DNA of 64,000 nucleotides, from assembly GCA_965263355.1 (NCBI GenBank), contig CBDHHL010000056.1, positions 2,144,001 through 2,208,000 of the forward strand, given 5' to 3'. This DNA comes from Leptolyngbyaceae cyanobacterium. Its GTDB lineage: Bacteria; Cyanobacteriota; Cyanobacteriia; Phormidesmidales; Phormidesmidaceae. The notes beneath the pieces were generated by a model. That model was not told where the DNA came from. It saw only the letters and a list, made by a program, of their open reading frames with translations, and made no database searches. The position numbers and the translations under genes are program-made. Shown here in pieces: positions 42,285 through 53,310 of the stretch; the first letter of the stretch is position 1; each line of letters starts with the position of its first letter.

Positions 42285-42586
42285 AACAACAGTGAATGAG
42301 AAAAAAGCGCAGTCACATAAAAACGCCCTGTCTCGATGTTTCAAGCGATGACAATACGTTAACTGTCACTGTACCTAGCCACCAATGGACAAATCACTGA
42401 AGTTAATCTGGCCAAGGGTGTCATGGCCTAGGTACCTAACATCCATACATTAGCCAAACTGGACAAGCCGTTAATATTCTTTGCAAGATAGTACAAATTG
42501 CTTAAGCCAACCCGATTTATACCTACTCTTAGAACAAATGCTCTACCTCCAGGGCATTGCTAAACTCAGGTTTTTATCTTGAGGGA

Positions 42587-43783
42587 CTACTCAGAATTCC
42601 TAGCAATTGCAGCTAACTGGAATCCCGACGGATAAGCACCTTCCTTTTTGATGCGCTCAATAATGGCTTCTGGAATCGGAAAATTGAGTCGCTTTGCCAA
42701 GGCCCTCACCACATCACCCCGATCGATGATACCGGCAACCGCATCAGCTGGGGATAAAACTGTAATTCGCCGCAGTTCATTCTCTTCAAGATCGGTAATT
42801 ACCTTAGATAAGGGCGTTTCTTCACGCACATGGGGCACCTCTAAGAGTGGATGCGCCACGTCTTCCAATGTCATAGTCTCCCACTGACTGCGTTCGATCT
42901 GACGCAAATCATCTAGGGATACCATGCCTCGATAACGACCATTAGAAGCAGCAAAATAGACAACGGCTGGCTCGTCATGGAGTAGCTGTTTATCAGCAAA
43001 TGCCTTTAAGGTAATATTTGCATCAATCACCTTAAACTCCCTTACGCTAGCATCCCTAGCCTTCAGGCTAGCAATGGCATCCTGCCAATCACTCACACGA
43101 CTATAAGTACCCGCATTACGCACAGCAAACCATCCCAATATTGCCAGAAATAGCACCTCAAATTGCTGCGTACTGATATAAGCACAAATACCAACCGTAA
43201 TCGCTATCCATCCTAGTAGTTGCCCAACGCGAGCTGCCCAGCGCAATCCTCGAATACGGCTACCAGTAAAATGCCAAACCACTGCCTTTAAAACCTGTCC
43301 ACCGTCCAAGGGCAATCCAGGAATCAAATTAAAGAGGGCAAGCAGTAAATTGATTCGAGCAATGGTTTCAACCGCTAGGTCAGCAACGGTATGAGGTCGT
43401 AGCATCCAGGAAAACAACGTCAGCAACAAAAATAAGCAAAAATTGACTAAAGGACCTGCAATGGCAATTTGAAACGCTTGCCCTGGTGTCTTAGCCTCCT
43501 TGTCAATCGATGAGATACCACCAAACAAAACCAAGGTGATGGAATTGACCTTAATTCCATATCGTCTGGCAACTAGACTATGCCCTAACTCATGAAGCAG
43601 CACAGAGCCCAACAAAAGTAGGGCCATCACCAAACCCACTACCGCTGCCACTAGAAAGGGAAACCCATCATTGCGCAGATCGCTGCCGTAGGCAAACGTC
43701 ATCAAAATAACAATCAGAAACCACGAGTTATCAACAAATAGAGGAATGCCGAAAATTTCACCAACGCGCCAACCGGATTGCAT
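42587..43783 (-). CDS. site-2 protease (M50) with CBS domains
   Basis: HELGH and NLIPGLPLDGG; C-terminal CBS pair. Confidence 0.93.
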   Translation of the reverse strand: MQSGWRVGEIFGIPLFVDNSWFLIVILMTFAYGSDLRNDGFPFLVAAVVGLVMALLLLGSVLLHELGHSLVARRYGIKVNSITLVLFGGISSIDKEAKTPGQAFQIAIAGPLVNFCLFLLLTLFSWMLRPHTVADLAVETIARINLLLALFNLIPGLPLDGGQVLKAVVWHFTGSRIRGLRWAARVGQLLGWIAITVGICAYISTQQFEVLFLAILGWFAVRNAGTYSRVSDWQDAIASLKARDASVREFKVIDANITLKAFADKQLLHDEPAVVYFAASNGRYRGMVSLDDLRQIERSQWETMTLEDVAHPLLEVPHVREETPLSKVITDLEENELRRITVLSPADAVAGIIDRGDVVRALAKRLNFPIPEAIIERIKKEGAYPSGFQLAAIARNSE

Positions 43784-44033
43784 AGTGATATACCTTTGAG
43801 ATAACTAGGAAGGCTAGAAATAGAAATAAAAAACAGTCTTTTCAACCACAACTATGACAAGACCTGTAATGCAAAGAACTTTCAGTTTTTGCCAGACAAC
43901 CCTTTAAGGCTCAATCTAATTTAGACTAAAAGCCGCCATCTCTTTTGAAAGAGCTGCTTTATTGTTAGGAACTACCTTTATTCTAATGAGAGGGCTTACT
44001 TATAGCGTTATCGGATTGCCGAATCTTTAATTT

Positions 44034-44687
44034 ATGCGCATTAAAATCTGTGGCCTAACTCAAATAGACCAAGCCGTTGCGATCGCACAAATGGGAGCAT
44101 CTGTGATCGGCTTTATCTGCGTTAGACAATCGCCACGCTACGTAACCCCTGAAACAATTGGCACCATTAGTCAGGCACTGCCGCCCATTGATCGTTTTGG
44201 TGTTTTTGCTAATGCACCTTTAGAAACAATTAAACCGATCGTCACCGCAGGGCAACTCAGTGGTGTGCAACTCCATGGGCAAGAATCTCCAACTGACTGT
44301 CAAAGCATTCGAATAGCAATGCCTCAAATAGAGCTAATTAAAGCGCTACGTATTCGCTCCCCCAAGGATTTAGATCAAATTAAAAACTATGTTCCTTACG
44401 TCGACACATTTTTACTAGATGCATATCATCCACAGCAGTTAGGAGGAACAGGACAGACCTTAGATTGGACAGCCCTCAAAACATTTTGTCCTGAAAAGCC
44501 ATGGTTTTTAGCGGGAGGATTACGCCCAGACAATATCACCGAGGCTCTCACCTTGCTATCTCCCGATGGCATTGATTTATCAAGCGGTGTCGAACAAGCC
44601 CCTGGCGACAAAGATTTAACCAAAGTCAATCAGTTAATCAAGGCAGTTAGCACCATAACCACCCCTAGAAAGGTCGAGAGTTTGTAA
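44034..44687 (+). CDS. trpF: phosphoribosylanthranilate isomerase
   Basis: KICG, SPRYV, QLHG.E, GGTG, LAGGL and DLSSGVE. Confidence 0.97.
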   Translation: MRIKICGLTQIDQAVAIAQMGASVIGFICVRQSPRYVTPETIGTISQALPPIDRFGVFANAPLETIKPIVTAGQLSGVQLHGQESPTDCQSIRIAMPQIELIKALRIRSPKDLDQIKNYVPYVDTFLLDAYHPQQLGGTGQTLDWTALKTFCPEKPWFLAGGLRPDNITEALTLLSPDGIDLSSGVEQAPGDKDLTKVNQLIKAVSTITTPRKVESL

Positions 44688-44801
44688 CAAAACATCTCTG
44701 AGCCTAAACCTTGATTACAGAATGTACGGTTTACTTCATGTGGTTAGAGCGATGGTGATAACTTAAATCCAGTCGTTAATAACTCCCTCTAGCTGCACTC
44801 T

Positions 44802-44966
44802 ATGTACAACGCCCAGAAAGACTGGTTAGGTGCCTTTATGATTGCTGCAATCGGTGCAGGCATAATTACATCGTTTGCCGTGAGCCAAGGGCAAAATCCT
44901 TTTGTTGGGCTTGGCATTACTGTCTTTGCATCTATTGCCGCTGTACTTTTTGATCATTTTTGCTAA
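44802..44966 (+). CDS. 54-aa two-TM small protein (below ORF-track cutoff)
   Basis: Manual translation MYNAQKDWLGAFMIAAIGAGIITSFAVSQGQNPFVGLGITVFASIAAVLFDHFC*. Confidence 0.7.
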   Translation: MYNAQKDWLGAFMIAAIGAGIITSFAVSQGQNPFVGLGITVFASIAAVLFDHFC

Positions 44967-45194
44967 AGGGGAAATGCGATTTCCTGTTCCAGCGATTGCT
45001 CCTGTCCAGCCAGCAGTTATGACTGCTGGCTTTTTCCTGTGCTTCAGGAGAACCAAGCTTGCATCACCACATCATCAAAGTCTGCATTGATTCACACAAT
45101 CGGACTGGCACAGCAAACAAGATTTCCATCGGAAAATCCCTATCCTATTTGCAAAGTCAGGACTATGAGTATGACATATCAGTAACCAATACTG

Positions 45195-45301
45195 ATACGA
45201 AATCCTGCTTGATAGCGCCCGGTATTAAAGGGCATCCACAAGGGAGTGCCCCTACAGGATTGTCAATTTCGAATCGGGTTTAATGAATTCGGATTTGGTA
45301 T
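45195..45301. mobile_element. 107-bp MITE-like element, copy 2, with internal REP-like hairpin
   Basis: ATACGAAATCCTGCTT...GGGCATCCACAAGGGAGTGCCCCTAC...TCGGATTTGGTAT; colinear with 9924-10030. Confidence 0.72.
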
Positions 45302-45341
45302 GACACCTTAGAAACTGTGGAGTTTAAGGTACCTACTCTAT

Positions 45342-45374
45342 AAAAAAAGTCGGTAATGTAACTATCACCGACTT
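45342..45374 (-). terminator. rho-independent terminator of sigC
   Basis: AAGTCGGT-N12-ACCGACTT with a U-run on the minus strand. Confidence 0.7.
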
Positions 45375-45419
45375 CAAAATACACTGTATGCAATTAACCA
45401 GTCCCTGCACGATGAGGGG

Positions 45420-46724
45420 CTAACTCAGTGCCTCTAGATAATCGCGAATCCGATTACGACGCTTGGGCTGACGCAACTTTTGCAACGCTTTCGACTCAAT
45501 TTGGCGAACCCGCTCACGAGATAGCTCAAGGGTGCGACCAATCTCCGCCAGAGAGTAGGGTACACCATCCCCTAAACCAAACCGTAACCGAATGACCTCT
45601 TGTTCACGGGTAGTTAAGTCAGCCAAAAGTTGGTGCAAATCACGACGTAGAGCATCACGGACAGCTAGCTCTTCAGGAGATAGGGCATCAGTCTCCAGCA
45701 AATCGCCCAGTTCGGTATCACGCTCTTTCCCCACTTTGGTCTCTAGGGAAATAGACCGGGGCACTTTGAGGAGCACTTCACGGACTTGGGGAGCAGTCAT
45801 TTTTAGCTCGCGAGCAATATCTTCCACAGTGGCTGTCCGACCTTTAGTCTGGGAGATCTTGCGTTGAGCTTTTTTAATCTTGTTGAGCTTTTCAGTGATG
45901 TGAACAGGCAAGCGGATGGTGCGACTTTGGGTTGCGATCGCACGCGTAATCCCCTGGCGAATCCACCAGTAGGCATAGGTGCTAAAGCGATAGCCCTTAG
46001 TTGGGTCAAACTTTTCAACCGCACGCTCCAGCCCCAAAGTACCTTCTTGAATCAGATCTAGAAGCTCCAGACCTCGGTTTTGATACTTTTTGGCTACCGA
46101 TACGACCAAACGAAGATTGGCCTTAATCATATGCTCTTTAGCTCGCACACCTTCGTGACAGGCTTCATCCAACTCTTGCACAGACATACCGACCAACTCA
46201 GCCCACTGACGCTTACCAGCTTGTAATGTGGGCTTAAGATCCGCAGGTGCAATATCACACTCTTTAGCCAATCGCTCAAGGGAAGGACGATGCCCCAACT
46301 GAGCCGCCATGCGATCGCGGGTTTCTAACAACAATTCATAGGTGGCTAAAATTCCATTTTGAGCCTCAGCCGCTTGCTTACGCTGCTCTAAAAGACTCAT
46401 GTAGCCCTGAACCAACTGGGCTTCTGCTACCTCTTCGTCTCTCTCTAACAGACGTACACGACCAATTTCCTGAAGATAGAGACGAACTAAATCAGTAGTG
46501 CGGCGACCAGGGGCGACCGCCAATTTATCAACGTCTAAGTTATCTACAGTGCCATCATCATCCTTCGACAGCAGCATTTTAATATCAGTATCACTAGGCT
46601 CTTCCTTTACAGGATCAGCGGTAGCAAGAGCAACAGAGCTGGGGGCTGCCGAATCAGCATCTGCAGTGGTTTGATAAGACGTTGCATCCATAACCATGGG
46701 CGGTGTAGCTTTAAGAACAGTCAA
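45420..46724 (-). CDS. sigC: group 2 RNA polymerase sigma factor, SigC-type
   Basis: RRTTDLVRLYLQEIGRV.LL.RDEEV.EAQ, ANLRLVVSVAKKY and SRERVRQIE; long non-conserved insert. Start could be ATG 46697. Confidence 0.85.
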   Translation of the reverse strand: MTVLKATPPMVMDATSYQTTADADSAAPSSVALATADPVKEEPSDTDIKMLLSKDDDGTVDNLDVDKLAVAPGRRTTDLVRLYLQEIGRVRLLERDEEVAEAQLVQGYMSLLEQRKQAAEAQNGILATYELLLETRDRMAAQLGHRPSLERLAKECDIAPADLKPTLQAGKRQWAELVGMSVQELDEACHEGVRAKEHMIKANLRLVVSVAKKYQNRGLELLDLIQEGTLGLERAVEKFDPTKGYRFSTYAYWWIRQGITRAIATQSRTIRLPVHITEKLNKIKKAQRKISQTKGRTATVEDIARELKMTAPQVREVLLKVPRSISLETKVGKERDTELGDLLETDALSPEELAVRDALRRDLHQLLADLTTREQEVIRLRFGLGDGVPYSLAEIGRTLELSRERVRQIESKALQKLRQPKRRNRIRDYLEALS

Positions 46725-47242
46725 GGCCGTCTAGCCCTCGTAGATGTAGTGTGCCCGACCCAATAGAGCGGGGAACAATCTGCAAAATTGGGAATAAGCT
46801 CAGAACACAAGATCAGACCTTGTGAGCTAGACTGACGCACCCATACTTAGCGTAGAGTGACGTTGTAAAACTCCAAGTGACTCACATCAAGGTGCCTTAA
46901 GGATCTACATCACCTAATACGCCTATTCCCGATAAACAGCATCTAAGATTACGCCGAGGACCCTATCTAACTAAATATCAACCGCTGCAGAGTGATTGGA
47001 TCAGGATTAGTCCAGGTTTTTCAGTGGCACAATTTTGCAGTAAAAATCCTGATGTATTCAGGAATTAGAACACTTCATTTCCCTGGTAATTAAAGGCTTT
47101 CCAAAAGCTTCCCAGCCCCAACTCATCAAGCAAATACGCAATAAACATGACAAAATTTTCATCCGCATCCGCAGTTTTATTACATTTGCTTTACGTGCAG
47201 CCAGTTAGACTAGCTGCCCCCAATTACTTCGATCAGTTTTTG

Positions 47243-50200
47243 TCAGCTTTCGTCAATTACTGCTTTTCGATCAAGCAATAGCAGTTCACGCAACTGGTCC
47301 GTATCCAACTCGGTCAACCACTGTTCACCAGCGCCAACAACCTGCTCTGCCAGAGCTTTTTTACTTTCAATCATGTCGTTGATGCGCTCTTCTAAGGTGC
47401 CGCTACAAACAAATTTATGCACCTGAACATTGCGAGTTTGACCAATGCGAAACGCCCGATCCGTAGCCTGGTTTTCGACAGCAGGATTCCACCAGCGGTC
47501 AAAGTGAAAGACATGGTTAGCGCGGGTAAGATTCAGCCCTACCCCCCCCGCTTTTAGGGAAAGAATAAATATCTTGGGACCATTAGGATCTTGTTGGAAT
47601 CGATCTACCATGGCTTCACGGGCAGGTTGAGATGTACTGCCATAAAGAAACAGGGCATCTTCTCCCAACTGTTCCTTGAGATAAGCCTGGAGCAAGTTTC
47701 CCCACTCAGCAAACTGGGTAAAAATCAGGGCTCGATCACCTTCTGAAATGACCTCTTCAAGCATCTCAGTCAGACGCTGCAGTTTAGCGGACCGTCGCTG
47801 TTTACCCAAGGATGCCTGCTTTAGATATTGAGCAGGATGATTGCAAATTTGCTTCAACTTTACCAATAATCCCAAAATCATGCCCCGTCGCTTCACGCCA
47901 TCTGCCACATCAATATCAGCTAATGCCTCATCAACAGCTTTTTGGTACAACCGTGCTTGTTCCGTAGAGAGACCACAGAAAACTGTCATTTCTTGCTTTT
48001 CAGGCAAGTCCTGAATAATACTGCGATCGGTCTTAAGTCGTCTCAAGATAAAGGGCTGTACCAAACTTCGCAGGGTGCGCAATGAATCGGTATCACCATA
48101 GCGTTCAATCGGAGTAGCAAAACGCCGCTGAAAAAAGTTTTTAGGACCCAAATAATTGGGATTCAAAAAATCCATAATGGACCATAGTTCAGATAGCCGG
48201 TTTTCGACTGGAGTACCCGTCAACGCAATGCGGAAATCACTCTCCAATTCTCGCACCGCCTTAGACTGCTTAGCATCAGAGTTTTTAATATTTTGAGCTT
48301 CATCAAGTACTAGCCCTTGCCATTCAACTCGCTTTAGCTCCTTTAGGTCTCGATAAACCAGGGTATAGCTTGTAATGATTAAATCCGTTGTTCGGGCTTG
48401 CTTGACAAGCATCGCTCCTTTGGAACGTTTGTCACCGTGATAAATCAGCGTTGCCAATTTTGGACCAAACCGCTTTACTTCTCGCTGCCAGTTGCTTAAC
48501 ACCGATGTGGGACAAACAAGCAATACCGGTTTAGTGAGGATATCTTGTTGTTTAAGATTGAGCAAAAAAGCAATAAGCTGAACGGTTTTACCTAAACCCA
48601 TGTCATCTGCCAAGCAAGCACCCAATCCCCACTGCTCCAAAAATGAGAGCCAGGAAACTCCTCTGGCCTGATAGGAACGGAGCTTACCCTTAAATCCATC
48701 CGGCTCTTTTATTTCTTCAAGACTCTGATTCCCTGTGGTCAAGGTTGTAATCAACTCATCTAACTTACCCGATGCTTCAAAGGCTACTACGGGCAACTTA
48801 TCAATCAACTGTCCATCACCACTGCTAATACGCAAAATTTCCTCAACAGACAATTTATTTTGAGTTTGCCGACTAGTAAAGAACGACTGGGCAGCTTTGA
48901 CATCCTGAGGTCGGAGTTCCACCCATTGACCATTAACTTCCACCAGAGGTGTTTGTTGAGAAATCAACTGTTCAAATTCGCGCTGGCTAACATTTTGGCC
49001 ACCAATAGAAAGCTCCCACTCAAAATTGAGTAGGCTCTGCAAACCTAGACGCTGTTGTTTACGAGATGGGGCCATCGCCTTAACTCGCAAGCCCAAACGA
49101 CTAGCACTAGCCTTGGTTGGATCCACCAGATTCTCAGGCAGAGTTACTCCAAAACCGTTATCCTGAAGGCGATTTGCCGTTTCTTTAATAAATTCAAAGG
49201 CCTGAATCGGATCCAAGGTACAAAGACTAGGACTTGGTTCACCCAAGGTTTGCCTAACCGGTTCACATAGGCGAGCTGCTCGACCTAAGCCTGCCAGTAA
49301 TTTCTCTTGAGGAGCTTCTACCGTACGTCCACAATAATCTAACTGATCCACCGGATGCTGCCAAATCATTTGGGCATCAAGACAAAAGTTTTCATCGTCA
49401 GAAACTTTTAGACCATAGTGCAAAATCCAATTGAGTTCCCCAGTTGGTGGAGGCACTAGCCTAAAGCTCACATGTAATAAATCGAGGGCATCAACCGCTA
49501 AGTTTTGTAGGGGAGCAGTCCAAGTATTGAGAGCTTCGTTAAGCCGGACTAAACCAACTGGCGTAGATTCAAATCGTTTTTTCTTATCTTGGGTCAACCC
49601 TCCAACCCACTCGCGCAGGGGCAAATCTTTACTGAGAGGCGCGGTTGCTGGCAGAGGCTGAGCTTGAGCTAGCATACGCACCTGAGCAGATACTACATGA
49701 CTTAAAAAATCTTGGAGCAAGGGGGGGGACGGTTTTGGAAAACAGACCACCAAGGGAACGCCTGACAGCTCAAAGAGCACGGCTTTAGACGTCTTACCCT
49801 TAGTTTTTTTTGCCTTGGTAGTTTTAGTAGTCGCTTTACGAGTTTTGGTTTCGAGGGATTGATATAGCCTGCAAACTAATGGAATACGCTCAGAAAACTG
49901 ACGCAGGCGCGCCTGATCAGTGGCGCTGTTAAGCAATAACTGCCAGGTTGAGATCGCACCGTCACCATCAGCACTCACCGTTGGCACAAACTTCCCACGT
50001 GCCATCAAATCTAGACTCCAACGAGCTATGTGAGACCAATAGCGCAGATCACCTCCCACTAAACCAGCATCAGCACCTAAGGGTAAGCCTGTGAGCAAAT
50101 TCAAAGCTGATGCTGTTGGTAACATTACCCCAGAAATTTGCCAGGGATAAAGTTCAGCCTTCAAGCCCTGAAATTGTCCAGACAGCTGCGGATAAATCTG

Positions 50201-50458
50201 CTCACCCTCTTCACCCTCTATCACAGTGGGCACTGCCAAAACTTGCTCACCCCAACGAGACTGCAACCGTTCCGCCAACGGGCTCAAATCCCACTGAGTT
50301 TCACTCACCACAAAATCTTGAAACTCATCCTGACTTAAACAATAGGGATGAATCGCGACACTCCAACTATGCTCGGTCTCTTCAAGTCTGCGCCATGTCT
50401 CAGCCCATACAAAAAAACGCTGCTGTTTCGGGAGCCAACTTCCATGGAGAATTGCCAT
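47243..50458 (-). CDS. SNF2-family helicase/ATPase
   Basis: MAILHGSW start, LADDMGLGKT, DEAQ, TGTP, GLNLT and QATDRAFRIGQ. Confidence 0.95.
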   Translation of the reverse strand: MAILHGSWLPKQQRFFVWAETWRRLEETEHSWSVAIHPYCLSQDEFQDFVVSETQWDLSPLAERLQSRWGEQVLAVPTVIEGEEGEQIYPQLSGQFQGLKAELYPWQISGVMLPTASALNLLTGLPLGADAGLVGGDLRYWSHIARWSLDLMARGKFVPTVSADGDGAISTWQLLLNSATDQARLRQFSERIPLVCRLYQSLETKTRKATTKTTKAKKTKGKTSKAVLFELSGVPLVVCFPKPSPPLLQDFLSHVVSAQVRMLAQAQPLPATAPLSKDLPLREWVGGLTQDKKKRFESTPVGLVRLNEALNTWTAPLQNLAVDALDLLHVSFRLVPPPTGELNWILHYGLKVSDDENFCLDAQMIWQHPVDQLDYCGRTVEAPQEKLLAGLGRAARLCEPVRQTLGEPSPSLCTLDPIQAFEFIKETANRLQDNGFGVTLPENLVDPTKASASRLGLRVKAMAPSRKQQRLGLQSLLNFEWELSIGGQNVSQREFEQLISQQTPLVEVNGQWVELRPQDVKAAQSFFTSRQTQNKLSVEEILRISSGDGQLIDKLPVVAFEASGKLDELITTLTTGNQSLEEIKEPDGFKGKLRSYQARGVSWLSFLEQWGLGACLADDMGLGKTVQLIAFLLNLKQQDILTKPVLLVCPTSVLSNWQREVKRFGPKLATLIYHGDKRSKGAMLVKQARTTDLIITSYTLVYRDLKELKRVEWQGLVLDEAQNIKNSDAKQSKAVRELESDFRIALTGTPVENRLSELWSIMDFLNPNYLGPKNFFQRRFATPIERYGDTDSLRTLRSLVQPFILRRLKTDRSIIQDLPEKQEMTVFCGLSTEQARLYQKAVDEALADIDVADGVKRRGMILGLLVKLKQICNHPAQYLKQASLGKQRRSAKLQRLTEMLEEVISEGDRALIFTQFAEWGNLLQAYLKEQLGEDALFLYGSTSQPAREAMVDRFQQDPNGPKIFILSLKAGGVGLNLTRANHVFHFDRWWNPAVENQATDRAFRIGQTRNVQVHKFVCSGTLEERINDMIESKKALAEQVVGAGEQWLTELDTDQLRELLLLDRKAVIDES

Positions 50459-50539
50459 AATCAATACTGCCTTCAGTACCGTCCAAAATCCAGATGCAAA
50501 GGATCTAGAGAATATAGAAGCGGAAATAAAATCCCCTAC

Positions 50540-51493
50540 CTACATCTCATATTTTTCATAGGCCGCCACAATCTGCTGCACCAATGGATGGCGAACAACA
50601 TCGGCCTTCGTCAATTCAGAAAATGCAATGCCATTAACGCCTTTGAGAACCTTAATAGCCATGGATAGACCCGATTGCTGGCCATGTAGTAAATCCGTTT
50701 GTGTAACATCACCTGTAACAACCATGCGGGATTTGAAACCCAAACGTGTCAGGACCATTTTCATCTGCGCAGGTGTCGTATTTTGCGCCTCATCCAAAAT
50801 CACAAATGCATTACTCAAGGTTCGACCGCGCATGTAAGCCAATGGAGCTACCTCAATAATGCCGCGATCCATCAAACCAGGAATACGCTCCGGATCAATT
50901 AACTCATGCAGAGCATCGTAAAGTGGGCGTAAATAAGGATCAACTTTCTGCTGCAAGTCACCTGGCAAAAACCCTAAGCGCTCACCCGCCTCAACTGCAG
51001 GGCGCGTCAAAATTAATCGCTCATATCGTTGTTCAAGAATCGCTTGGACAGCTACCATAGCCGCTAAAAACGTTTTCCCCGTTCCAGCTGGCCCGGTACA
51101 AAAAATCAGATCATTAGTTCGTAAAAAACCTACATACTTACGCTGACGAAAGGTTTTTGCCCGAATTGTTTCCCCTCTACGGGTACGAGCAATCACATCC
51201 CCATATAGCTGGCCCAAATCATCTTCTCGATGGGTATCGAGGGCTTGCACCGCAGTCATAACATCAGCAACCGAGACTGTTTGCCCTTGGGACCAAATAG
51301 TTTTAAGTGAGTAAACCAAGCGCTGAGAACGCTCTACCTGGTTTGGCTTACCTGATATCAGTAACGTAGTACCACGCATAACCAGCTTGGCTCCCGTTTG
51401 CTGAGATAATCGCTTAACAGCTTCTTCCTGATACCCGGCCATCGCCATTGCTTGCTCAGCCGAATCAAATTCAAATGTGAAGGCACCTTCCAT
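50540..51493 (-). CDS. phoH: PhoH-family ATPase
   Basis: GPAGTGKT, RPAVEAGE.LGFLPG, YMRGRTL and DEAQN. Confidence 0.95.
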   Translation of the reverse strand: MEGAFTFEFDSAEQAMAMAGYQEEAVKRLSQQTGAKLVMRGTTLLISGKPNQVERSQRLVYSLKTIWSQGQTVSVADVMTAVQALDTHREDDLGQLYGDVIARTRRGETIRAKTFRQRKYVGFLRTNDLIFCTGPAGTGKTFLAAMVAVQAILEQRYERLILTRPAVEAGERLGFLPGDLQQKVDPYLRPLYDALHELIDPERIPGLMDRGIIEVAPLAYMRGRTLSNAFVILDEAQNTTPAQMKMVLTRLGFKSRMVVTGDVTQTDLLHGQQSGLSMAIKVLKGVNGIAFSELTKADVVRHPLVQQIVAAYEKYEM

Positions 51494-51593
51494 ACAACAG
51501 ACTAAATTCTGCCGCCAAAAATATACGGATATTTACCAATCCTTAGAGCCTATAGACTACTAACTTAATGCCGCTGCCCTAGGAAAGAACCGA

Positions 51594-52001
51594 CTACACG
51601 TCATCTTGACTATGATGATTATTACGCTTGGAATTTTTGTTAGGTCCTGAACGCCCACCGCCACGACGAGGACGACTACTACCACCACGACCACTACTGC
51701 GTGAACGAACACGATCGGAACCACCAGCACCTGGGTCATGAGAGGATTCACCATACACATCCAGATGCACTGAACAGTTATGTAGTGAACCTGTTGCTTT
51801 TAAGACTTTTCGAATTGCCTGAATATTACGACCACCGCGTCCAAAGACACGACCTTTGTCTTCACCGTCAAAAGCAACTCGAATCCAAAGTCGCTGACCA
51901 CCTGACAGCGGCTCAAAGTCCAATCTCAAGGCATCAGGAACCTCCAGAAAGGGAGTTACTAGAAATCGAACTAAGGCTTCAAAATCGGGCACATTAGTCA
52001 C
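51594..52001 (-). CDS. khpA: KH-domain RNA-binding protein (KhpA-like)
   Basis: DKGRVFGRGGRNIQAIR; lies between rpsP and phoH. Confidence 0.88.
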   Translation of the reverse strand: MTNVPDFEALVRFLVTPFLEVPDALRLDFEPLSGGQRLWIRVAFDGEDKGRVFGRGGRNIQAIRKVLKATGSLHNCSVHLDVYGESSHDPGAGGSDRVRSRSSGRGGSSRPRRGGGRSGPNKNSKRNNHHSQDDV

Positions 52002-52130
52002 CTTCTAAAAATCAAGCAGCAAGCATCGCTAACATAACAGTCTGCAAAACTTCTCCCAGAGTAAATACCTACAGAAAAAGCTCGCTAACATAACAGCCAG
52101 CCCTTTAAACTATGACTGCTTGCACTAGCA

Positions 52131-52379
52131 CTAGGCCTTTAGCTGCTCGTATACGTTAGCTTTTTCCAGAATACGCTGCACAGTTTTCGTAGGTTGAGCT
52201 CCTTCCTTAAGACGCTTGACAATAGCAGGCACTTCCAAACGCGTTTCGTCAGTCCGAGGATTGTAGAAACCTAGTTCTTCAAGAGGTCGACCATCACGAC
52301 GATCTCGGCTATTCATAGCCACAATCCGATAGCTTACCTCACGCTTTTTGCCATAACGCTTCAGTCGCAATTTGATCAT
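52131..52379 (-). CDS. rpsP: 30S ribosomal protein S16
   Basis: [12 protein letters not shown]...YRIV...[15 protein letters not shown]; start ATG 52379. Confidence 0.99.
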   Translation of the reverse strand: MIKLRLKRYGKKREVSYRIVAMNSRDRRDGRPLEELGFYNPRTDETRLEVPAIVKRLKEGAQPTKTVQRILEKANVYEQLKA

Positions 52380-52691
52380 AATTTTATTGAAACGGTCTAT
52401 CCAATAGACTAGAGGGTTTACATCATTTTGATGCACTGAGTCAGCGCATCACATCAATAGTCATCTGCATTGCAACGACTGAGTAGAACAAGGCTAAAAA
52501 TCTTAGGCAATATTCCACTCACTCAGAGCACTTAATTCTATCATCACTTAGAGGCATCGGCACTAGAGTGATGACATTGATGTAGTCGATGTATGACCAG
52601 GTGAAGATACCAAATCTATCACCATCTATCACCTGGAAATGCCCCCTAATCCTGACAAATCGCAAAGCCATCAAGATTGAGAAAAGCTCTA

Positions 52692-52823
52692 TCAATCCTC
52701 ATGGTCATCAAACGGGTCAGCAAGCTGCTTGGAAGGGGGGCCGAATGCAATATAAACAGCAAACCCAGTAAAGGTAATAACAATCGCACCTACTGAAATA
52801 ATAAGAACTGTTGCAGAATCCAT
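52692..52823 (-). CDS. psbN: photosystem II assembly protein PsbN
   Basis: Manual translation MDSATVLIISVGAIVITFTGFAVYIAFGPPSKQLADPFDDHED; divergent from psbH. Confidence 0.96.
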   Translation of the reverse strand: MDSATVLIISVGAIVITFTGFAVYIAFGPPSKQLADPFDDHED

Positions 52824-52898
52824 AGGATCGTTTAAGGCTTGAAGGATGTAAAATCTATGATATTACAGAATATAAAGTGACCTTAAGGTAAATACGCC

Positions 52899-53102
52899 AT
52901 GGCACAGCAAACTCGGTTAGGAAACCTGCTCAAACCTCTAAACTCTGAATACGGTAAAGTTGCTCCTGGCTGGGGCACTACCCCCTTAATGGGAGTATTT
53001 ATGGCACTTTTCTTTGTCTTTTTACTGATCATTCTGCAACTTTACAATCATTCAATCCAAATTCAAGGTGTTGACGTGGATTGGCGCAGCTTGAGCTTTT
53101 AA
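52899..53102 (+). CDS. psbH: photosystem II reaction center protein H
   Basis: [21 protein letters not shown]. Confidence 0.99.
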   Translation: MAQQTRLGNLLKPLNSEYGKVAPGWGTTPLMGVFMALFFVFLLIILQLYNHSIQIQGVDVDWRSLSF

Positions 53103-53310
53103 GCCGGTTTTGTCAACGTATCGGTATCGCTTTAACCTAGTTGTTACAGCGATATTGTTTAACTTGAAAGTTTACTGAGGGGATGGGTTCTACTGGCCTG
53201 TCCCCTTTACTAGTAACGTTCCAGTAGCTCTTAACGTGATTCGCTACAGTTCCTGAATCAGTTCTGAAACATAGTTCGCAGTAGTCAACGTCAGCAGGAG
53301 ATGACTTGGA

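Noticed and set aside
44826..45283. ORF-track entries 44826-45056, 44902-45090 and 45059-45283
   Set aside because: No recognisable features. They overlap the better 54-aa ORF or run into the 107-bp element.
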